A stretch of 64,000 nucleotides of DNA from NCBI GenBank assembly GCA_052390515.1, contig JBQTGV010000005.1, positions 34,802 to 98,801 on the forward strand, read 5' to 3'. Shown piece after piece: positions 56,284-64,000 of the stretch. The notes beneath the pieces are model-generated. The model made no database searches and was not told the DNA's origin. It worked only from the letters and a program-made list of their open reading frames with translations. Position 1 is the first letter of the stretch; each line of letters begins with the position of its first letter. The position numbers and the translations under genes are program-made. The stretch comes from Candidatus Eiseniibacteriota bacterium. GTDB taxonomy: Bacteria; ARS69.

Positions 56284-56888
56284 TCCGCCGCGGTCTCGCC
56301 TCCGCTTCGCTCGCGCTCGTGGCGCTCTCCGGATGTCTCGGAGAGCCGCCCATCGAGGAGACGTGGACGCGGCTCGAGATCCTCGACGCCAGCCCCACGG
56401 ATGCGGCGGCGTTCGCCGTCGGCTCGGCGACGACCGCGGTCACGATGCGCGCGCGCGTCACCTACCGCGAGATCCTCACCGGGTTCCTCGTCGCGGAGCT
56501 GCGCGCGGGGAGCGGGATCACCACCGCCGAGACCGCGCTGGACGCGGACGATCCGCTCGCCGTGGCCCGCGAGGTCGACCAGATCCTGGGGTCTTCCACG
56601 GCGATCGGCACGGAAGCGATCCCGGTCACCGGGTGGGACAGTCTGGTCCAGGAGCTCACCATCACGTTCGACGCGGGCACGCCGACGCCGACGGCGATGG
56701 ACAGCTCGGTGGCCGGCGCCGGCTCGAATCCGGTGACGTCCACCGGTCTCTTCCTCCTCCTGTACTTCTCCGACGACGTGCAGGAAGTGGAGCTCCAATC
56801 CGGCGAGGAGATCGAGATCGTGACGCCGGTGCTTTCCGATCAGCGCGACATCCTCTCCACCGGAATCGAGATCGTCCCGGCGTCCTAG
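56280..56888 (+). CDS. Hypothetical lipoprotein
   Basis: Lipobox ALSGC, ATGA overlap. Confidence 0.8.
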   Translation: MIRRGLASASLALVALSGCLGEPPIEETWTRLEILDASPTDAAAFAVGSATTAVTMRARVTYREILTGFLVAELRAGSGITTAETALDADDPLAVAREVDQILGSSTAIGTEAIPVTGWDSLVQELTITFDAGTPTPTAMDSSVAGAGSNPVTSTGLFLLLYFSDDVQEVELQSGEEIEIVTPVLSDQRDILSTGIEIVPAS

Positions 56889-56897
56889 GAGCGAACG

Positions 56898-57533
56898 ATG
56901 CGAACGACCCCCAGCATCCTGACCGCGTTCGCCGTCCTCGGCGCGACGGCCGCCTCCGCACAGACCTCCGTGCACGTCGGCCCGTTCGCTGGGACCATCG
57001 CCCTGGACAGCCACTTGGCCGACTACCGCTGGGACACGCGGGCGCGTGCGGTGTGGGGCGCCGCGGCGCGCGCCGAGGGCGGACCCTTCGGCGGCGGCCT
57101 GCGCGTCTGGCGCGCCTCCACACGGCAGTCGACCGGCATCCCCGGCGAGGACGTCGCCCCGGAAGTGAAGCTCACTGCCACGGAGGTTCTGGGCGAAGCG
57201 CGTCTCGTGCGCCTGGCCGGGTTCCGCCTGCTCGGCACGGGCTCCGTGGGGCGCCTGCACCTCGGCTACTCGCCGGACCGCCTCGTCCTGGACGACGGCG
57301 CCGGTGGCTCCATCGAGGTGGCGTTCGATCCGATCACGGAATGGACCGGCGGACTCGGTCTCGGTCTTCGCCGAACCGTCCCGTTCGGCTTGGAGGCCTC
57401 GATCGCCGTCGAGCACGGCTGGTTCCGTCTCGACACGGCGCACCGCGCCGGCTCCGAGATCGTGGAAGACCGCGAGACGTTCGGCAGCTGGACGGGCCGC
57501 GTGGAGCTCACGCACCGCATCCTGAGAATCTGA
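56898..57533 (+). CDS. Putative small outer-membrane beta-barrel
   Basis: Signal peptide (AASA-Q), amphipathic strands, RBS AGGAG. Confidence 0.7.
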   Translation: MRTTPSILTAFAVLGATAASAQTSVHVGPFAGTIALDSHLADYRWDTRARAVWGAAARAEGGPFGGGLRVWRASTRQSTGIPGEDVAPEVKLTATEVLGEARLVRLAGFRLLGTGSVGRLHLGYSPDRLVLDDGAGGSIEVAFDPITEWTGGLGLGLRRTVPFGLEASIAVEHGWFRLDTAHRAGSEIVEDRETFGSWTGRVELTHRILRI

Positions 57534-57544
57534 GGAGCACGATC

Positions 57545-58450
57545 ATGCACGCTCTCGATCCCCACCGTCTCGCGAAGGCCACGATCCTCCTCCTGGCGAG
57601 CGCCGCCGCCGCGTTCTCCGAGGAAGACGGCGCGGCGCGCACGTCCGACGTACCCGACGCACCGCCCGTGGTCGATGCGCCCGCCGCGCCCGCGCCCTCC
57701 GCCGAGAGTCGGATGAACCAGCCCTGGATGATCACCGACCGCATGGTCCGCCTGAACCGCGCCGACGTGAACGTGGTGCGGACCGGCCCCGGCGAGAGCT
57801 TCGCCGTCGCGCGGCTCGTTCCCGAAGGCGCCTCCTTCCTGGTGCTGGCCAAGAAGGACGAGTGGTACAACGTGCGCCTCTCCGAGTCGGAGACGGCCTG
57901 GGTGCACGAGTCGCTGTGCGAGGAGTACTCGGACCTCTCCGGCCTCGAGTTCCGTCCCAACCCGCGCCTGTTCTCCCGCGTCGGCAGCTTCACCCTGACC
58001 GCGTACACCGGCGGGTACTCGTTCGACCGCAAGTCCAACTCGCTGACGCTCGGCGGGCGCTGCGGCTATCACGTCTTCGACTACATCGAAGTGGAGGGCG
58101 GCGCAGGCTGGACGCACGTGAGCCGCCCCGCGGAGATCGTGGAGACGCTCTTCGGTCTCAGTCTCGAGGAAGAGCAGTTCCACATGCTCTTCTACGAGAT
58201 GAACGCGAACCTCAACATTCTGCCCGGTCGTCAGCTCGTTCCCTACGTCACCGCCGGCGTCGGCTCCACGATCCTGGAGGGCGCCAGCGAGGGCACGTTC
58301 AACTACGGCGGCGGCATCCACTTCTTCATCAGGAAGCAGACTGCCATCCGCTGGGAGTTCCGCACGTACCGGTTCGACTCCGGCGCGGACGAGGCGCGCC
58401 GGACCAACAACAACTACGCGTTCACCGTGGGCACGACGCTGCTGCGATGA
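57545..58450 (+). CDS. SH3b domain plus outer-membrane beta-barrel protein
   Basis: NVVRTGPGESF..KDEWYNV..AWVH (SH3b), then LVPYVTAGVGS..FNYGGG..IRWEFRTY..YAFTVG barrel strands. Confidence 0.83.
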   Translation: MHALDPHRLAKATILLLASAAAAFSEEDGAARTSDVPDAPPVVDAPAAPAPSAESRMNQPWMITDRMVRLNRADVNVVRTGPGESFAVARLVPEGASFLVLAKKDEWYNVRLSESETAWVHESLCEEYSDLSGLEFRPNPRLFSRVGSFTLTAYTGGYSFDRKSNSLTLGGRCGYHVFDYIEVEGGAGWTHVSRPAEIVETLFGLSLEEEQFHMLFYEMNANLNILPGRQLVPYVTAGVGSTILEGASEGTFNYGGGIHFFIRKQTAIRWEFRTYRFDSGADEARRTNNNYAFTVGTTLLR

Positions 58451-58464
58451 AGGAGGGCCGCGAG

Positions 58465-59016
58465 ATGATTCGAGGGCGATTCGCGATGGCGGTGGTGGCC
58501 GTGCTGGCCGGCGCGACCGCGGCGGGGGCGGACGATCCGATCCCGCGCACCGCGCGGGACGGCGAAGGGCTGGCCCGCGACGCCGCGGTCGTGTGGGCGG
58601 ACGACGCGCGCCTGGTGTACGTGGAGAACGATGAACCCCTGGCCGAGCTCGGCACCGCCGAGCGCTGGGGGTACCTCTTCTATTCGCCCTCGCGGGACGC
58701 CGCGCGCGCGTACTCGGTGCGGGACGGGAAGATCCGCACCGCCACCGATCTCGGCTTCGACTTCGAGGCACCGCCGCTCCCGACGGAGTGGATCGACAGC
58801 GCGGCCGCGCTCTCCGTCGCGGAGGAGAAGAGCCGCGAGTTCCGCGAGAAGCACGGCGGCCGGTTGCGCGCGATGTTCCTGGTTCGCGGCCTGCTCTATC
58901 CCGAGAACCCCGACGTGCCCACGTGGGCCGTCGTGTACGACTCCTCGACGACGTCCGGACTGTGGGTCGTCGTCGACGCTCGCTCCGGAGAGGTGGTGCG
59001 CACATGGAGAGGATGA
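58465..59016 (+). CDS. Exported hypothetical protein (PepSY-like)
   Basis: Signal peptide, WIDSAAAL, WAVVY..VVVDARSGEVV; RBS AGGAGGG. Confidence 0.75.
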   Translation: MIRGRFAMAVVAVLAGATAAGADDPIPRTARDGEGLARDAAVVWADDARLVYVENDEPLAELGTAERWGYLFYSPSRDAARAYSVRDGKIRTATDLGFDFEAPPLPTEWIDSAAALSVAEEKSREFREKHGGRLRAMFLVRGLLYPENPDVPTWAVVYDSSTTSGLWVVVDARSGEVVRTWRG

Positions 59017-59843
59017 CCCGGTGGGGAGTCACGACAGGGCTCGCCGGCTTTGCCGCGCTGGCGGCGCTGGCCGCCGCGGCGGATGAGAACGTGCCGGTGG
59101 GCGCGAACGCCCCGGCGCCGCTGCCGCCTGCCGGCGAGGCGTACGAAGTGGAGCACGTCGAGGCGGACGAGCCGAAGCATCCGACGCTCCGCTTCCTCGG
59201 CGAGAACCGGGACTTCTTCCGCGCGCGCTTGGACGAGCTGCGCCTCCTGCTCCGCGAGGGCTGGGACGGACAGGGCGAAGACCTGGATCCGCGCTGGCTC
59301 GCGTGGCGCGAGATGCTGGACGAGATCAACGCCGCGGGAGACTCCGCCGCGGTCTCCGACGAATGGATCCGCCGCCGCGAGCTCCTCGACAGCGTCGGCG
59401 AGCTCGTCGAGCTCGAGCTGGAGATGGACGAGATGGAGGAGCTGCTGGCCGATCAGGGAGACCGCCTCACGCGGCTGGAGGAGGACTTCGTCGGCCGCCA
59501 GCAGACCGCGCTCGTCGTGCTGGTCCGGGGAGCCGCGTCGCGCGGGACGCCGGAGACGGTGATCCTCAGCGAGGTGGACGGCCCGGCGCACCGCATCTCG
59601 CTCTCCGAGCGGGTTCGCGGATCCCTCGAACGGGGCGGCTCGGCGGAGCTGTTCCACAGGCTGGTGGAGCCGCGGGAGCACCACTGGGAGGTGTCCTTCG
59701 AGGGCGAGGGCTGGAGCGACCTGCACGTTCCGCTGGACCTCGATCCCGAACGCGACCGCATGACGTTCCTGGAAATCGATCTCTCGCAGCTCGAGCCGAT
59801 CGACGGAGAAGCCCGACCAGCGTCGCGATGGTGGGTGAGGTGA
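59013..59843 (+). CDS. Exported coiled-coil plus beta-sandwich hypothetical protein
   Basis: Signal peptide, acidic coiled coil, RLEEDF..TALVVLV..SLERGG..ELF..H..EVSFEG; ATGA overlap. Confidence 0.78.
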   Translation: MTRWGVTTGLAGFAALAALAAAADENVPVGANAPAPLPPAGEAYEVEHVEADEPKHPTLRFLGENRDFFRARLDELRLLLREGWDGQGEDLDPRWLAWREMLDEINAAGDSAAVSDEWIRRRELLDSVGELVELELEMDEMEELLADQGDRLTRLEEDFVGRQQTALVVLVRGAASRGTPETVILSEVDGPAHRISLSERVRGSLERGGSAELFHRLVEPREHHWEVSFEGEGWSDLHVPLDLDPERDRMTFLEIDLSQLEPIDGEARPASRWWVR

Positions 59844-59846
59844 CGC

Positions 59847-62800
59847 GTGATCGCCCCCATCGTCGTGATACTGGCTGCGGCCTCTGCGCCGCTTGCGCCC
59901 GGGACCGGGGATTCGTGGAACGATCTCTGCCTTCGGCGCGCCGTCGCCTTGTGGTGGCTCGGGGAGCCGGAGCGCGCTCTCTCGGTGCTGTCCGAGCGCG
60001 ACCCTGCTCTCCCGGAGTCGGACGCCGCGCGTGCCGAGCTGGTACGCGCCTTCGCCCTGTACGCCCGCGGCGAGCGCTCGCCCTTCGGTGACGCTGCCGG
60101 CGCGCTCGGTGACACGGACACCGGCGACGGCGTCGACGCGCTGCTGCTGGCCACCGGAGACATGTCCGACTCCGACGTGTTCCGCAACGCGCTCGTCGCC
60201 CGCGCCGCGCTGACGCCGGAGGAAGCGGACGCCGCGTGGGAGCGCGTGGCCCGCGCCGATCCGGAGAGCGCGCCGGAGCGCACGCTCGTCGCCGCGGCCC
60301 GTGCGCGCCTGGCGGCGCGAGCCATCGCCTCGGGCGCCGATCCCGCGGAGTGGCTGAAGAGCGAAGAGGGCGACGCCGGCACCGGTCTCTCCCACGTCGA
60401 TCACCTGAGGGGCCGTGCGGCGCTGGAAGCAGGCGATGACGCCGCCGCGACCGCCATCCTCGGTGCCCTGCTGGCCGAAGGTCCCGGCTATCCGCGCGCC
60501 GACGACGTCCGCCGCGAGCTGGCCACCGCGGCGCTCCGCCAGGGACGGTGGGACGAAGGCTACGCGCTGCTCACCGAGGCCGAGCGGGGTCGCGCGGCGG
60601 AGCGTGCCGCGCTCGACTCGCTGGCCGCGCGTGCCGCCGCCGGGGAGGACGCGAGGCTGTGGGCCGCCTGGAACGCGGCCGGCGACGGACCCGGGACGCT
60701 TCTCCTCGACCCCTCGCGAATCGACGGCGCCATGTCCGCCGCCGCGGAGCGGCTGCTCGACCTTCGCGGTCGTGCCGAGCGGGTCGCGCCGGCGATCACG
60801 GCAGCGGACCTCGGGATCTCCCCGGGAACGCCCGGTCTTCCCGCGTCGCTGCGCGCGCCCGACGCCGGCGAACGCGCGCGCGTGGCCACCGCGGCCGACT
60901 CCACCGCCGCCGCCCGCCGCGAGGCCGCGGATGCGCAGCGCCGGCTCGAGGACGAGCGCCTCTCCGCCGCGCGCGAGGGGATCTACCTCGAAGGCGGCCT
61001 GACGAAGGCGGCCGCCGAGTTGCGAGCCGCCGAGGAAGTCGCGGCCCGCGCCGAGGCGTTGCTCGCCCGCGTCGACGAGATCGTGGCGCAGCTGGCCGGC
61101 GCCCGCGACGCCGAGGTTCGGCGCATCGCCGAGCGCACCGCGCGGTTCACCGAGGATGCACGACGAAACCTGATCGTGGCGCGCGCGCTGCTCCACTTCC
61201 GCGTCAACGGACCGTCGCGGAAGGAGACTCTGCCGCCCGGGATTCCCTCGCCGGGCGAGTTGCTCGACCTCGAGGTGCAGCTCGTCGCGGGGCTGGAGCG
61301 ATGGTTCGCGGCGTTCGCCGCCGCCGCGCCCGCACTGGTGACGAAGTCGCACGACGAGGTCTGGTACCCGCGCGCCACCGACGGCCCGAAGGCGCTCGCC
61401 GCGCTGGCCGCGCGTCGGACGGCGGAGGCGAAGCAGCTCGGCGGGGCGATCGCCGCGGCGCGGGATGCCGCCGAGGCGCCTTCACGCTTCGCTCCGTTCG
61501 AGCATTCCGTGGCGCTGGCGGCCGGCCGCGCGAGAGAGAGCGCCGCGCAGGAATCGGGGATCCGCCGGGAGATCGCCGCGCGGCGGATCGACGAGGCGCG
61601 CGCGCGGCTCGATGCCGAGGCCGAGGCCATCGCCTATCCACTGGCGGTGGCCGCCCACGAGCGCGGCGTGGGCGCCGGCGACACCGACGAGGGGCGGCAC
61701 CTGCGCGTCGAGGCGGCCGCGCGTTACTCCGAGTTCCTGGCGGCGTACCCGAGCGCCGCCGCTCGCAGCGAGGTGCGCTTCCGTCTGGCCGACGCGCAGC
61801 TCGCGTTGGCGAAGGACGGCTTCCGCGAGTCGGTCACCCGCTTCCTGGGAACCGCTCCGTCCGCCGACGACTGGAAGCGCCCGGAGCTGGCGCCCTTCGT
61901 CGATTACGAGCCGGCGCTCGAGCAGTACCTGGCCATCCTGGAGGAGGACCCGACGTGGGCGCACCGTGACGCGGCGATGTTCCACGCCGGAATGATCCTC
62001 TCCGACGAGTCCGACTCGCGCGGCCAGGCTCTCCTCGGCGAGCTCGTCGAGAGGCACCCGCAATCCGCGCACGCCGCCGAGGCCCACCTCCGGCTCGGCG
62101 ACGAGCTGTTCGACCAGGGCGAGTGGGCCTTGTGTCGCCCGCACTTCGAGCAGGCAGCCGCCGGGACCGACGCGGAGATCGCGGCCATCGCCCTGTACAA
62201 GTCCGGGTGGGCGGACTACAGCCTCGGACGGTTCGACGAGGCCGCGCGCACCTACGTGCGTCTGCTCGATCACTACGCGGCGAACCCCGACGCGGCGCGC
62301 ACCACCGACATGCGCGAGGAAGCCGCGGACCATCTCGTGCATTGCCTCGCGCGCGGGGGCGGAGCGTCGGCCTTCGCCCGCACGTTCGACGCGATCGGCC
62401 CGCGCCCGTGGGAGCAGTCCTCGCTGGTGAACCTCGGCGCGCTGCTCCGCGACGCGAGCCTGTTCGAGGAGGCCGCCTCCTGCGACTCCCTGTGGCTCGT
62501 GCGCTGGCCGCACGACGCCGAGGCCCTGGCCGCGGCGCGCCGTCTCGTGGAAACGCGGGAGCGCGCCGGCTGGGCCGACGCGGCCATCTCGGCGCGGCTG
62601 GAGCTCGCGCCGGACTTCCGCCGCGGATCCGGCTGGTCGGACGCGCAGACCGACTCGATCGCCGCGCTCGGCGACGAGTTCGCGCGGTCGGCGCTGCGCA
62701 CCGTCGCGCTGCACCACCACCACACCGCCCGCGAATCGGGAACCCCGGCCCGCTGGCGTGCCGCGCTGGAGGCCTACGCCGCGCTGCTCGACGGCTGGCC

Positions 62801-63998
62801 CGAGCACGCGGAAGCGGCGACGTTCCACTACTATTCCGGCGAAGCGGCCACCGCGCTCTCCGATCCGGCGCTCGCCGTGAAGCACTTCGAGATCGCCGCT
62901 GCCGCCGAGGGCGCGCCGTTCGCCGCGGACGCCGCATGGCAGGCAGTCGCCGCGCGGGACGCCTGGTACGAGTCCTCCGACCCGAAGGACGGGGGTCTCG
63001 GACGGGCGCTGGCCAAGGCGATCGACGAGTTCGCCGGCCGCTATCCCGGCGAACCGCGCCTTCCCGACCTGCGCTGGCGCCGCGCGACCGTCTCCCTCGC
63101 CCACGGCTGGAGGGACGAAGCGGTCACCGCGTTCGCTCGGTTCGCGGAGATGCACCCCGGCGATCCGCGCACGCTCACCGCCGTGAGGCTCCACGCGCAG
63201 ACGCTCTACGAGCTGGAGCGCTTCGACGAGGCTTCCACGGCGTACGACGCTGCCGCGACCTTCGCCCGTGCTTCGGGCGCCGACTCGCTCGCCGCGGAGC
63301 TCGAGCCGCTCGTTCCGCACTGCCGCTTCCTGCACGGCGAGCGCCTCTCCGGTGAGAAGGCCGCCGTCGTGTTCGAGGAGGTCGCGGTGCGGTGGCCGGG
63401 CTGGGAGCACGCCGACCGCGCTCTGTATCGCAGCGGCCTCGCGTGGGAGAGCAGCGGCCGCCCGTCCGACGCCGTACGCGCGTGGACGTCGCTCGTCGAG
63501 CGCCATCCGGCGAGCGAGTACGCGCGTGACGCCCTGCTGCGCATCGCCGAGACGTGGGAGAAGGACGACCGGCCGGCGCTGGCGGCGACCGCGTTCCGGC
63601 GCTTCTCGGAGACGTTCCCGGACGACCCGGACGCCGGCTCGGCGCTGCTGCGCGCCGCGGACTTGATGATCGCCGCGGGGGACGTGGCGCAGGGCGAGAC
63701 CATCCAGGACTCGTACCTCGCGCGCTGGCCCGGCGACGTGCAGGCCGCCTTCTCGATTCTCGAGCCCCGCGCCGGCCGCGAGCTCGCGGCCCGCAGCGCC
63801 CCCACCGGCGCCGGGACATCCGGACCCATCGTCGCCATTTTAGGCCGAAGGTCGCTGGAACGTCGAGCAAGCGACGGCCGGCGGCTCAGTTTCGCTGTTG
63901 GGTCGGACGCACCAGCACGTCGTGGACCTCGACATGCAAGGGCTGGACCAGAATCCACCGCACGGCTTCGGCCACGTCCCCCGCTTCCAGCATCTTGA
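59847..63998 (+). CDS. Very large exported TPR/coiled-coil protein (GltC/GltD-like by inference); last ~60 codons appear spurious
   Basis: BamD/YfiO-type TPRs (YPS..RFRLAD, HPQS..EAHLRLGD, LYKSGW, ALYRSG). Codon usage degrades after ~63800, where the frame overlaps a convergent gene. Confidence 0.8.
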   Translation: MIAPIVVILAAASAPLAPGTGDSWNDLCLRRAVALWWLGEPERALSVLSERDPALPESDAARAELVRAFALYARGERSPFGDAAGALGDTDTGDGVDALLLATGDMSDSDVFRNALVARAALTPEEADAAWERVARADPESAPERTLVAAARARLAARAIASGADPAEWLKSEEGDAGTGLSHVDHLRGRAALEAGDDAAATAILGALLAEGPGYPRADDVRRELATAALRQGRWDEGYALLTEAERGRAAERAALDSLAARAAAGEDARLWAAWNAAGDGPGTLLLDPSRIDGAMSAAAERLLDLRGRAERVAPAITAADLGISPGTPGLPASLRAPDAGERARVATAADSTAAARREAADAQRRLEDERLSAAREGIYLEGGLTKAAAELRAAEEVAARAEALLARVDEIVAQLAGARDAEVRRIAERTARFTEDARRNLIVARALLHFRVNGPSRKETLPPGIPSPGELLDLEVQLVAGLERWFAAFAAAAPALVTKSHDEVWYPRATDGPKALAALAARRTAEAKQLGGAIAAARDAAEAPSRFAPFEHSVALAAGRARESAAQESGIRREIAARRIDEARARLDAEAEAIAYPLAVAAHERGVGAGDTDEGRHLRVEAAARYSEFLAAYPSAAARSEVRFRLADAQLALAKDGFRESVTRFLGTAPSADDWKRPELAPFVDYEPALEQYLAILEEDPTWAHRDAAMFHAGMILSDESDSRGQALLGELVERHPQSAHAAEAHLRLGDELFDQGEWALCRPHFEQAAAGTDAEIAAIALYKSGWADYSLGRFDEAARTYVRLLDHYAANPDAARTTDMREEAADHLVHCLARGGGASAFARTFDAIGPRPWEQSSLVNLGALLRDASLFEEAASCDSLWLVRWPHDAEALAAARRLVETRERAGWADAAISARLELAPDFRRGSGWSDAQTDSIAALGDEFARSALRTVALHHHHTARESGTPARWRAALEAYAALLDGWPEHAEAATFHYYSGEAATALSDPALAVKHFEIAAAAEGAPFAADAAWQAVAARDAWYESSDPKDGGLGRALAKAIDEFAGRYPGEPRLPDLRWRRATVSLAHGWRDEAVTAFARFAEMHPGDPRTLTAVRLHAQTLYELERFDEASTAYDAAATFARASGADSLAAELEPLVPHCRFLHGERLSGEKAAVVFEEVAVRWPGWEHADRALYRSGLAWESSGRPSDAVRAWTSLVERHPASEYARDALLRIAETWEKDDRPALAATAFRRFSETFPDDPDAGSALLRAADLMIAAGDVAQGETIQDSYLARWPGDVQAAFSILEPRAGRELAARSAPTGAGTSGPIVAILGRRSLERRASDGRRLSFAVGSDAPARRGPRHARAGPESTARLRPRPPLPAS

Positions 63999-64000
63999 GT
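63886..64000 (-). CDS. 3' end of an SDR oxidoreductase (YdfG/DHRS11-like), partial (not in ORF track)
   Basis: Hand translation LKMLEAGDVAEAVRWILVQPLHVEVHDVLVRPTQQRN-stop matches the SDR C-terminal pattern L..EDVAEAV..L.QP.HV.I.D..VRPT.Q. Confidence 0.8.
   Translation of the reverse strand, partial: LKMLEAGDVAEAVRWILVQPLHVEVHDVLVRPTQQRN

Noticed and set aside
1-64000. Hundreds of long overlapping Arg/Pro/Ala-rich ORFs in the six-frame track (e.g. 24523-28104 minus, 19797-22508 minus, 15647-18328 plus)
   Set aside because: Shadow frames of real genes, caused by stop-codon scarcity at high GC. They have no motifs or start signals.

Overview
Very GC-rich, gene-dense bacterial chromosome segment from a diderm organism. 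Two proteins carry FlgD-Ig-like C-terminal tags, which suggests an FCB-superphylum candidate lineage such as Eisenbacteria, Krumholzibacteriota or Latescibacterota (inference). I found no rRNA, tRNA, CRISPR array or mobile element. About 54 CDSs, mostly envelope functions. In order: (i) di-heme DHOR lipoprotein plus a porin; (ii) a glycan-tailoring cluster (GT-C, methyltransferase, carbamoyltransferase, deacetylase); (iii) Trm112, cca and an M43 protease; (iv) a fully coupled tatA-moaC-mogA/moaB-cobB-vWA-GT-YfhO operon; (v) TPR protein, response regulator, lipoprotein plus barrel, bactofilin, Ser/Thr kinase, DAGK, OprO/P porin, FIST and DinB; (vi) a duplicated TPR+CRTAC1(ASPIC/UnbV) module ending in a TMTC-like O-mannosyltransferase, with one CRTAC1 gene broken by an in-frame TAA. 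The most notable region is (vii), a ~14 kb, 13-gene + strand envelope operon behind a sigma54-like promoter. It joins c-type cytochrome lipoproteins (including a hydrazine-synthase-alpha-like protein), the TlpA/DUF4266/DUF3570 module with an intact flavinylation motif, four outer-membrane barrels, an NHL/FlgD cargo and a giant Glt-like TPR protein. The operon is cut near 63.8 kb by an apparent junction with unrelated DNA. Many putative housekeeping promoters show an 18-bp spacer, and several genes look leaderless. All family assignments come from motif recognition by eye; no searches were run.
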